From a virus (taxonomy: Duplodnaviria > Caudoviricetes), in the IMG/VR virus record IMGVR_UViG_3300028586_000061, positions 1 to 30,088 of that record: a stretch of DNA of 30,088 bases; one strand, 5' to 3'. The position numbers were made by a program, and so were the translations under genes. Below are positions 6,659 through 14,336 of this stretch, piece after piece (the stretch's first letter is position 1; every line of letters starts with the position of its first letter). The notes under the pieces were generated by a model. That model saw only the letters and a list, made by a program, of their open reading frames with translations. It was not told the origin of the DNA and did no database searches.

Positions 6659-8184
6659 TGGCGAACTTGATCGACCGCGCGATCGCGGCCTTCTCACCGG
6701 CGCGCGGCCTCGAACGCGAGAAGGATCGCGCCAAGCTGGCTGCCATGCGCGGTATCCGCGCGCAGTATGACGGCGCCAGCCATAGCCGGCGTACGCAGGG
6801 GTGGCGCCGGACCAACAAGGACGCGAATTACGAGCTAATGGGTACTGCCCAGGTCCTCGCCGCGACAGCGCGGGACATGGTCCGCAATAACCCGTACGCC
6901 GAACGTGCCGTGTCGGCGATCGCGACCGATATCGTCGGTACCGGCATTACGTTCGAGGTCCATCGAGACGGCAAGCCCGACGCGGAGCTGACCAAGCTTG
7001 CCAAGGCGCATTTCGAGTCCACCGCCTGCGATGCCGACGGCCGGCACAACCTCTACGGGTTGCAGCTGCTCGCGGCGCGCACGATCGTCGAGAGCGGATC
7101 GGTGCTGGCCCGGTACCGGCCGCGCTTCGCGCGCGACAACCTGCCCATGCCGTTTCAAATCCAGATGCTGGAGCCGGATTATCTGGACGCGCAGCGCAAC
7201 GGGCCGCTCAGCCCTGGCGAGTACGTGTCGGGCATCCAGTTCGACGCCATCGGTAATCGCAAAGCCTATTGGCTGTTCCCGCAGCACCCGGGCTCGATTG
7301 CCACGCAGGGCCTGATCGCCAGCCCGATCCCCGCCGGCGACGTGCTGCATGTCTATCGGCAGGATCGGCCGGGCCAGCAGCACGGCGCGTCTTGGTTCGC
7401 GCCAGTGATCATGTCGATGCGCGACTTCGCCGACTATCAGGACGGGCAGCTGCTCCGCCAAAAGATCGCCGGCAGCTGGGCGGTCTTCCGCATCGGCATG
7501 GAGGGCGACGATGGCGATGCCGAGGCCGCCGAAGGGCTGGACTACATCGAGCCCGGCATGATCGAAGACCTGCCCGCCGGCGCTGACGTCAAGTTCGCGT
7601 CGCCTCCCGGCGTCGAGGGGTATTCCGACTTCGCGAAGATATCGGTGCGGACGTTCGCGACCGGCATGAACCTGCCGTACGATATCTTCGGCGACCTCGA
7701 AGGCACCAACTTCTCGTCGGGGCGGATCGGCCGCATTCAATACCACCGCCAGCTCGACAACTGGACGTGGCATATGCTGATCCCGCAATTCTGCGACGGC
7801 GCGGCCGGGTGGTTCTTCCGCGCCGCGCAGATGCTCGGCAACGACACCGCCGGCTGCACGATGGTCTGGACGCCGCCCCGCCGTGAAATGCTCGACATCG
7901 CCACGGAAGGCCCAGCGATCCGCGACATGGTCCGCGCGGGCTTCATGTCGCCGCAGGCCGCCATCCGCGAGCGCGGCGAGAACCCCGAGGCCGTCCTGGA
8001 CGAATGGGCCCGCTGGATCGGCGAGGTCGATAAGCGCCGCCTGACCTTCGACAGCGATCCCCGCCGCGTCACTCAGGTAGGCAATTTCCCGCCAGCGCCG
8101 GCCGCGCCGAAGGCCGCGACCGATCCCGAGGGTGATGCCGCGCCAGCGGCCGACGAGGCGGCGCCTCCCACCAAGGACAACTGA
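6658..8184 (+). CDS. Portal protein, lambda family
   Basis: ATG 6658 overlaps gpW stop; YDGAS, ARDMVRNNPYA, IQMLEPDYLD, VLHVYRQDRPGQQHG, GDLEGTNFSSGR motifs. Confidence 0.95.
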   Translation: MANLIDRAIAAFSPARGLEREKDRAKLAAMRGIRAQYDGASHSRRTQGWRRTNKDANYELMGTAQVLAATARDMVRNNPYAERAVSAIATDIVGTGITFEVHRDGKPDAELTKLAKAHFESTACDADGRHNLYGLQLLAARTIVESGSVLARYRPRFARDNLPMPFQIQMLEPDYLDAQRNGPLSPGEYVSGIQFDAIGNRKAYWLFPQHPGSIATQGLIASPIPAGDVLHVYRQDRPGQQHGASWFAPVIMSMRDFADYQDGQLLRQKIAGSWAVFRIGMEGDDGDAEAAEGLDYIEPGMIEDLPAGADVKFASPPGVEGYSDFAKISVRTFATGMNLPYDIFGDLEGTNFSSGRIGRIQYHRQLDNWTWHMLIPQFCDGAAGWFFRAAQMLGNDTAGCTMVWTPPRREMLDIATEGPAIRDMVRAGFMSPQAAIRERGENPEAVLDEWARWIGEVDKRRLTFDSDPRRVTQVGNFPPAPAAPKAATDPEGDAAPAADEAAPPTKDN

Positions 8185-8187
8185 CCT

Positions 8188-10212
8188 ATGGAAATCCTGC
8201 TCTACGGGGTTGTCGGCGACTGCAACGACGGCCTTGAAGCCTCGTGGCTGGTCAGCCGCATCGCAACCTCGCCGGACGACATCACCGTCCGGATCAACAG
8301 CCTCGGCGGCCTGCTGTTCGACGGTTTCGCGATCTACAACGCGCTGAAGCAGTCGCCCCGCAAGGTGACCGTGATCGTCGACGGCGTCGCCGGCTCGATC
8401 GCGAGCATCATCGCCATGGCGGGCGACCGGATCATCATGGCCGATAACGCGGTGATGATGGTCCACAAGCCATCAGACGGTACCTATGGCGACGCGGACG
8501 AGCTGCGCTCCGTCGCGGACCGCCTCGACTTCCTGCAGGGCCAGCTGGTCGCGATCTACGCGCAGCGTACCGGCATGAGCGTCGAGGAGCTGAAGCCGCT
8601 CCTCGATGCCGAAACCTGGCTGACGGCGCAGGAAGCGCTCGACCTCCATTTCATCGACGAGATCGCCGGTCAGTCGACCGCGACGAACATGCTCGATGCC
8701 AGCAAATTCGGGTTCCTGAAGGTGCCCGTCCACCCGCTCATTTCTAACCTGAGCAACACGGCGCCTGCCGCCAATCCAACCCTGGAGACACCGATGACCC
8801 TCCCGACTGCGCCGGCGCCGACCCCCGCGCCGACCATCACGACCCTCGACTCCGCCACGTCGACGCTGGCCCTCGCCACCGCCGCCCTGGCCGCGCCCGT
8901 CAACGTTGCCAACGAGGTCGCCGCGGCGATCGCGGCCGAGCGCGCCCGTGCGTCCTCGATCCGCAACGAGGTGGCGCGCGCCCACCTCGGCACCGAGTTC
9001 GCCGAAACGCTGGTCACCGAAGGCGTGACGATCGACGTTGCCCGTACGCGTATCATCGACCAGATCGCGACGGCCGCGCCCAACATCACCAACCACGGCC
9101 CCGCGACGATCCCCGCCGCGCAGTTCCAAGCCCGCGCCACGGCGATGGAGAGCGCGATCCTCAACCGCGCCAATCCGCGCAACCAGCTGGCCGATGGTGC
9201 CCGCGACTTCGCCGGCCGTCGCCTGATCGTGCTGGCGCGCGACTTCCTCGAAGCGACCGGCGTCAGCACTCGCGCGATGGGCGATGTCGAAGTCGCCCAG
9301 GCGGTGTTCCGCCAGCGCGGGCCGATGAACGCCGGCATGCACACCACCAGCGACTTCGCCGGCCTGATGGGCAACGCGGTCGGCCGCACCCTGCGCCGCG
9401 CCTATGAGCTGGCGCCGGCGACGTTCACCAGCTTCGCCCGTCAGACCTCGATCGCCGACTTCCGGCCGGTCAGCCGCATCGCGCTGTCCGACATCGAGCG
9501 CATGCAGCCGATCAAGGAAGCGGGCGAATATCCGTACCTGACGATCGGCGACGGCAGCGAGCAGTTCCAGCTGGCGAAGTGGGGCGGCATCATTGCGATC
9601 TCGTGGGAGACGATCGTCAACGACGACCTGTCGGCCTTCGACCGCATCCCGGGCGCGCTCGGTCAGGAAGCCCGTCAGATCGAGAGCGATGTCGTCTATG
9701 GCATCCTGCTCGACAACCCGAAGATGGCCGATGGCAAGGAGCTGTTCCATGCCGACCACAACAACCTGCGCGCCGCTTACGCTGCGATCTCGGCGGACTC
9801 CCTGTCGGCTGGCCGCCTCGCAATGCGGACGCAGAAGGCGCCCAAGGGCCGGACGCTGGCGATCACCCCGTCGCAGCTGGTCGTTGGTCCGGTGAACGAG
9901 CAGCTCGCGCTGCAGTACACCTCGGCCAACTTCGTGGCGGCCCGGGCAGGTGACACGAACCCCGAGTACAACCGTGCCCTGAGCGTGACGGTCGAATCGC
10001 GCATCCAGGACGATCGTTGGTTCATGTCGGCCGACCCCAACGCGCAGCCGATCGATACGATCGAATATGCGTACCTGTCGGGTGCCGAGGGCGTGATGAT
10101 CGAGCAGCGTCAGGGCTTCGAGGTCGATGGCCTCGAAATCAAGGGCCGGCTCGTGTTCGGCGCCAAGGCAATCGACAGCCGCGGCCTGTACGCGGTGCCG
10201 AAGAAGGCCTGA
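8188..10212 (+). CDS. ClpP-like prohead protease fused to major capsid protein
   Basis: N-term VRINSLGG, GVAGSIASIIAMAGD (Ser), MMVHKP (His), ETWLTAQEA; C-term HTTSDF, ISWETIVNDDLSAF, IEYAYLSG, GFEVDG...FGAKAIDSRGL capsid motifs. Confidence 0.93.
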   Translation: MEILLYGVVGDCNDGLEASWLVSRIATSPDDITVRINSLGGLLFDGFAIYNALKQSPRKVTVIVDGVAGSIASIIAMAGDRIIMADNAVMMVHKPSDGTYGDADELRSVADRLDFLQGQLVAIYAQRTGMSVEELKPLLDAETWLTAQEALDLHFIDEIAGQSTATNMLDASKFGFLKVPVHPLISNLSNTAPAANPTLETPMTLPTAPAPTPAPTITTLDSATSTLALATAALAAPVNVANEVAAAIAAERARASSIRNEVARAHLGTEFAETLVTEGVTIDVARTRIIDQIATAAPNITNHGPATIPAAQFQARATAMESAILNRANPRNQLADGARDFAGRRLIVLARDFLEATGVSTRAMGDVEVAQAVFRQRGPMNAGMHTTSDFAGLMGNAVGRTLRRAYELAPATFTSFARQTSIADFRPVSRIALSDIERMQPIKEAGEYPYLTIGDGSEQFQLAKWGGIIAISWETIVNDDLSAFDRIPGALGQEARQIESDVVYGILLDNPKMADGKELFHADHNNLRAAYAAISADSLSAGRLAMRTQKAPKGRTLAITPSQLVVGPVNEQLALQYTSANFVAARAGDTNPEYNRALSVTVESRIQDDRWFMSADPNAQPIDTIEYAYLSGAEGVMIEQRQGFEVDGLEIKGRLVFGAKAIDSRGLYAVPKKA

Positions 10213-10243
10213 TCCGCCAACCCCTCCGACCCTTTCCTGATCC

Positions 10244-10278
10244 CCGGCGGGCGGCTTCACGGCCGCCCGTTGGCTTTC
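10244..10278 (+). terminator. Stem-loop after capsid gene (weak terminator or mRNA stabiliser)
   Basis: CCGGCGGGCGGC-TTCACG-GCCGCCCGTTGG, 12-bp stem with two G-U pairs, followed by CTTTC. Confidence 0.55.
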
Positions 10279-10303
10279 AGGCCCTCCCGGGAGAACCCCC
10301 ACC

Positions 10304-10633
10304 ATGCAAAACTTCAAGAAGCAGGGCGACACCCTGACCCTCACCGCCCCTTACGACGTCGCATCCGGCGGCGGTCTGCTCGTCGGCGCGATCTTCGCCG
10401 TCGCCGCTGCGGCCGCGCTGGCCGGCCAGCTGGTCGAGGGCCTCCGCGTCGGCGTGGTCGCGCTGCCCAAGGCGGCCGGCGCCGTCACCCAGGGCCAGAA
10501 GCTCTACTGGATCGACGCGGACAAGGTCGTGACGACCACGGCCGGCACCAACAAGCTGATCGGCGCCGCGGCGCTGGCGGCCGCCGGCGGCGATACCGTG
10601 GTGCAGGTCGTGCTGATGCCGACCGCCGCCTGA
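10304..10633 (+). CDS. DUF2190-family capsid cement/decoration protein
   Basis: MQNFKKQGDTLTLTAPYDVASGGGLLVG...GVVALPKA...GQKLYW; directly after capsid; GGAGA RBS. Confidence 0.88.
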   Translation: MQNFKKQGDTLTLTAPYDVASGGGLLVGAIFAVAAAAALAGQLVEGLRVGVVALPKAAGAVTQGQKLYWIDADKVVTTTAGTNKLIGAAALAAAGGDTVVQVVLMPTAA

Positions 10634-10639
10634 TCGACC

Positions 10640-10666
10640 GACGCCGGCGCCGATGGTGCCGGCGTC
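10640..10666. other. Intergenic stem-loop between head and head-tail genes
   Basis: GACGCCGGCGCC-GAT-GGTGCCGGCGTC, 12-bp stem with one G-U, no U tract. Confidence 0.5.
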
Positions 10667-10694
10667 ACCGCCCCCGCTGTCGTGAGGTGATCCT

Positions 10695-11138
10695 ATGAGC
10701 ATCGACGACATGCGGGCGGCGCTCGGCGTCAGCGCCGAGATCGACGACGTCCAGGTCGTGATCCTGTACGGTCAGCGCCAGCGCGCGGCCGCGTCGATCG
10801 CCGCCAGCGCCGCAGCCGTGGTGCGCGATCCTTTCGCCCGCGCGATGGGCGTCCTGTTTCAGGCGGCCGGCACCGTCGCTGCCGAATATGACGACGGCGA
10901 AAGCGACGAACCTCTTTCGATCCGCGTCATCCGCCAGCAGGGCGATGTCGAAATGCAGCTCAACGACGGATCGACCGTGCTGGGTGGCAAGGAGATGGTC
11001 CAAATCCAGCGCAGCGACGTCGACGCGCCGCGCAAGGGCGACTTCCTGACGATCGGCGACGAAGAGTTTCGGATCATGGGCAAGCCCCGGATCGACAGCC
11101 GCGGCTTGACCTGGTCGTGCGAGCTGGCGCCGGTCTGA
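10695..11138 (+). CDS. Head-tail joining protein (gpFII-like)
   Basis: GAGGTG RBS; DPFARAMGVLF...IQRSDVDAPRKGDFLTIGDEEFRI...GLTW; synteny. Confidence 0.72.
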   Translation: MSIDDMRAALGVSAEIDDVQVVILYGQRQRAAASIAASAAAVVRDPFARAMGVLFQAAGTVAAEYDDGESDEPLSIRVIRQQGDVEMQLNDGSTVLGGKEMVQIQRSDVDAPRKGDFLTIGDEEFRIMGKPRIDSRGLTWSCELAPV

Positions 11139-11140
11139 CG

Positions 11141-11839
11141 ATGCGAACCCGTATCGGCACCCCCGACTTCGACCAGCTCACCGCCGGGCTGGAAAGCGAC
11201 GTCGCTGGCTTCCTGACCGAGGCGATGCGCGACACCACGCGTGAAGTGACCGATGCTTTCCGTGCCCAGGTGCGCGGGGCGGGGCTTGGCGAGCGACTGC
11301 CGAACGCGATTCGCGGCGTGACGTATCCGAAAGTCGGGAATGCCCTGGAGCCTAGCGGGTGGGTCTATGCACAGCCGTCGAAAGATGGCCGCGGCGCTGC
11401 GGCGATCGTCGAGAGCTATGCCAGCGGCGCGATGATCACGCCGCGCGCCGGCAAGCGCTGGCTGGCGGTGCCGACCGATGATTGCCCCCGCAAGCGGCAG
11501 GGCGACGCGATGACGCCGGAGGAGGTCGAGAAGAAGTTCGGTCGCCGGCTGGTGTTCATCAGCCCCAACGACCGCGGCTTCAAGACGCCAAGCCAGCGCA
11601 AGCGCGGCGTGGCGTTTCTCGTCATCAAGCAGCTGGTGATCCGCAAGGCCACCGGCCGGTGGCGCAATGCCAGCAAGCGCGAGCAGGAGGGCCGGACGCG
11701 TAATCCGCGCCCGCTGCAAAGCGTCATCATGTTCACGCTGGTCCCGCAGGTGAAGAAGCCGAAGTCGATCGACCTGTCGGTACCGGAAACGGTCGCGGCC
11801 GAACGCTTCGGCGCCAACCTCGATAAGCGGTGGAGATAG
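11141..11839 (+). CDS. Putative neck/minor tail protein (DUF6441-like)
   Basis: FRAQVRGAGLGERLPNAIR, GKRWLAVPT, IMFTLVPQVK motifs; basic protein in the gpZ position. Confidence 0.72.
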   Translation: MRTRIGTPDFDQLTAGLESDVAGFLTEAMRDTTREVTDAFRAQVRGAGLGERLPNAIRGVTYPKVGNALEPSGWVYAQPSKDGRGAAAIVESYASGAMITPRAGKRWLAVPTDDCPRKRQGDAMTPEEVEKKFGRRLVFISPNDRGFKTPSQRKRGVAFLVIKQLVIRKATGRWRNASKREQEGRTRNPRPLQSVIMFTLVPQVKKPKSIDLSVPETVAAERFGANLDKRWR

Positions 11840-11841
11840 CC

Positions 11842-12282
11842 ATGTCGCAGCGGCTGGACGTCCTCGTGGCCATCGTGAGCCTGATCGCCGCGACGCGCCC
11901 GCAGGCGGACGTGCGGGGCATGTCCAACGACGATGCCAAGCCCGACGAGGTTGGTGCGGGCGGTGCCGCGTTCGTGCGCTCCGGCGATCCCGGCGATCCA
12001 TCGATCGACCTATCGCCACCTACCTACTGGTGGGATCATACCGTGCCGGTCGAGCTGACCGCCTATGCCGCCGGCGGTGAAACCAGCCAGCAGGTTCTCG
12101 ACGGCTGGCTGATGGCGATCGGCCAGGCGGTGGAAGCCGATCGGACGCTCGGCGGCCGGTGCAGCTACCTCGACGTGTCCGCGCCGATCGACGGTGAGAC
12201 CAGCGCCCCCGGCGCGGTGCCGCTCGGCTGGGCCGACTTCACCATCACCGCTTCCTACGAAACCACCAGCCCGCTGGGCTGA
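11842..12282 (+). CDS. Putative tail terminator protein
   Basis: GGAGA RBS; GDPGDPSIDLSPPTYWWDH, EADRTLGGRC, YETTSPL; immediately before tail tube. Confidence 0.7.
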   Translation: MSQRLDVLVAIVSLIAATRPQADVRGMSNDDAKPDEVGAGGAAFVRSGDPGDPSIDLSPPTYWWDHTVPVELTAYAAGGETSQQVLDGWLMAIGQAVEADRTLGGRCSYLDVSAPIDGETSAPGAVPLGWADFTITASYETTSPLG

Positions 12283-12306
12283 CCCCTTTCACGACAGGAG
12301 AATTCC

Positions 12307-13254
12307 ATGGCGCTTCGTCCGCTGGGCATCAACGCCCTTATGTCCGCTGCGTCCGAGGGCGCGCTCACCTATGGTCAGGTGCCCGCCACCGGCTTCTTCC
12401 GCCTGCCCTTCGTCAGCCACGGGCTCGGCGAGGAGCAGCCCCTGATCGAGGATGACCAGCTCGGCTTCGGCCGCGAGGGCCTCGATCCCACCTATGACGT
12501 CATCACCAACGATGGCGATTTGACGGTCCCGGTCGACCTGCGCGGCTTCGGCTTCTGGCTGCGTCAGACCTTCGGCCCGCCCACCACCACCGCGACCGGC
12601 GACAAGTTCTCGCACGTCTTCAAGTCGGGCACGGATGCGCTGCCGTCGACGTCGATCGAGATCAGCCAGCCCGAGGAGCCGAGCCATTCGGTCCATTATG
12701 GCGCGGTCGTGAACACCTTGAAGATCGCGATGACGCGGTCCGGCATGCTCAACGCGGTGCTGTCGATGATCGCGCAGGGCGAGACCAACCCTTCGGCCGA
12801 CAGCGTCGCCGGCGTGCCCAGCGTACTGCGTGGCCCCCGCTTCGCCCAGGCGACCGGCTCGATCATGGTCGACGGCGCTGTCGCCGGCGACATCGTCTCG
12901 GCCGACCTCGCCTATTCGAACGCGCTCGATAAGGTCGAGGTCATCCGCGACGACGGCCGGATCGGCGGTGTCGATCCCGGCAAGGCGATGACGAACGGCT
13001 CGCTGGTCGTGCGCGGCCTGCGCGGGCCGCTGGCGGTGAAGTCGCGGACCAAGGTCGCCGCGGCGATCCAGGCCGGCTGGGTACAGGCCGACGGCACGCT
13101 GACCTTCGCCATGCCGCGTATCTTCCTGCCGCGGGTGAAGCGCCCGATCAGCGGCCCGAAGGGGCTGCAGTCGACCTTCAATTTCCAGGCGTCGGGCGCG
13201 GAGGCGGCGCAGCTGACCGTCACGCTGGTCAACGACGTCGCCAGCTACGCCTGA
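12307..13254 (+). CDS. Phage tail tube (major tail) protein
   Basis: AGGAG RBS; LPFVSHGLGEEQPLIEDDQLGFGR, VPVDLRGFGFWL, LPSTSIE, LVNDVASY motifs; synteny. Confidence 0.88.
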   Translation: MALRPLGINALMSAASEGALTYGQVPATGFFRLPFVSHGLGEEQPLIEDDQLGFGREGLDPTYDVITNDGDLTVPVDLRGFGFWLRQTFGPPTTTATGDKFSHVFKSGTDALPSTSIEISQPEEPSHSVHYGAVVNTLKIAMTRSGMLNAVLSMIAQGETNPSADSVAGVPSVLRGPRFAQATGSIMVDGAVAGDIVSADLAYSNALDKVEVIRDDGRIGGVDPGKAMTNGSLVVRGLRGPLAVKSRTKVAAAIQAGWVQADGTLTFAMPRIFLPRVKRPISGPKGLQSTFNFQASGAEAAQLTVTLVNDVASYA

Positions 13255-13270
13255 TCCCGGGAGAGACACC

Positions 13271-13528
13271 ATGAACCTGCCCACCAGCATCGACATCGGC
13301 CGCGCCGACGATCACGACGTGCTTCGGCGCGTTCGGGTCGTCGACGCGGCGACCGGCGAGACCATCGCCGGCGTCATCACCGCCGACGCGATCGCCGGCA
13401 CCGTCCGCCGGTTCGAGGTCGACGCCGGCCAGCTTGTCCTGAAGGACGATAGCTTCGTCATCGTCGACGAAGAGCGCGACATCCGCATCGAGTGGATCGT
13501 GCCGCCGATCGCCGAGGTCGCGGAATGA
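13271..13528 (+). CDS. Hypothetical protein (85 aa, acidic, beta-rich)
   Basis: GGAGAG RBS, GC3-rich codons, ATGA coupling to next gene. Confidence 0.7.
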   Translation: MNLPTSIDIGRADDHDVLRRVRVVDAATGETIAGVITADAIAGTVRRFEVDAGQLVLKDDSFVIVDEERDIRIEWIVPPIAEVAE

Positions 13529-14118
13529 GCTGGGCCCTCGGCAAGGCGGGCACCGTCACGCATACGCTGGTGGCAGCGCGCGGCGACCTGCCGCCCGTCA
13601 CCGTCACCTTCAACGCCCAACCGACCCTGCTGTCCGCCCGCGCCGCGCGTGAGGCGGCGCAGGCAGTGTTCCGCGAAGGCGGCCCCAAGGTCACCGAGCG
13701 CGCCGGCGACGCCTTCTCGGCTGCGATCATCCGCTGGAACATCCTCAGCTGGACCGGGATCGGCGACGGCCCCGACACCCCCGTCGATCCGACGCATGAC
13801 GTCGAGCAGCTGGACGATGCCGGCAAGCCGATCGGCGTGGAGCTGGGCACGATCAGCGCCTTCCTCGCCGAATCGCGCCTCGTCGACGCGGCCGACCGCG
13901 AATATGTCCTGCCCTGGGTGCTGGCGGACATGGAAAAAAACGGCTGGTCGCCCTCGCTGGATGGCACTTCCAGCAGGGCGACGCAGGTGCAAGATACTGT
14001 CAGCTCTCCTGCGACGCAGGAAAGCTCGGTCGATGCCACGACCACGACGGACGCCCCACCTGCCCCTACGACCAAAAGAAGCCGCAGACGGAAGCCGGCG
14101 AAGGCGTCTGGCGGCTGA
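13525..14118 (+). CDS. Tail assembly chaperone (gpG-like)
   Basis: ATG 13525 overlaps previous stop; ILSWTGIGD motif; slippery A-AAA-AAC at 13935-13941 (MEKN). Confidence 0.8.
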   Translation: MSWALGKAGTVTHTLVAARGDLPPVTVTFNAQPTLLSARAAREAAQAVFREGGPKVTERAGDAFSAAIIRWNILSWTGIGDGPDTPVDPTHDVEQLDDAGKPIGVELGTISAFLAESRLVDAADREYVLPWVLADMEKNGWSPSLDGTSSRATQVQDTVSSPATQESSVDATTTTDAPPAPTTKRSRRRKPAKASGG

Positions 14119-14336
14119 TCGCAGCATGCGGGTCGCAGATGCGGCTCGCGTTTGCGTCCGGCCCTGAAGGGATCGTCAGCCGGCCGATCGGCCTCGACTG
14201 GGGCGCGATCATGATGACCGCCACCGGCCGCGGCGTCGACACCGCCCTCCTCGCGGAAATCCTGCCCGACATCGAGGCAGCGGTCGTCCACCCACCCGAA
14301 CCCGACGCTGAAGGAGACGCCGATGGTGATGCGTAG
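13941..14336 (+). CDS. gpT-like extension of tail assembly chaperone reached by -1 frameshift (G-T fusion 13525-14336)
   Basis: -1 frame is open from the slippery site: RLVALAGWHFQQGDAGARYCQLSC...CPY...EGVWRLIAACGSQMRLAF...IGLDWGAI...EILPDIEAAVV; includes track ORF 14139-14336; ends at the TMP start. Confidence 0.8.
   Translation, partial: RLVALAGWHFQQGDAGARYCQLSCDAGKLGRCHDHDGRPTCPYDQKKPQTEAGEGVWRLIAACGSQMRLAFASGPEGIVSRPIGLDWGAIMMTATGRGVDTALLAEILPDIEAAVVHPPEPDAEGDADGDA

Noticed and set aside
8188-8790. Host clpP gene
   Set aside because: Fused in frame to a capsid domain and located after the portal, so it is a phage prohead protease
6835-10344. Long minus-strand ORFs (6835-8466, 8473-10344; also 1837-3111, 5415-6452, 16381-17535, 24042-25502)
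   Set aside because: They lie antisense to well-supported phage genes and give Arg/Gly/His-rich sequences without motifs, as expected for shadow ORFs of GC3-biased genes
14139-14336. Stand-alone 65-aa gene before the TMP
   Set aside because: No clear RBS; better explained as the end of the -1 frameshift product
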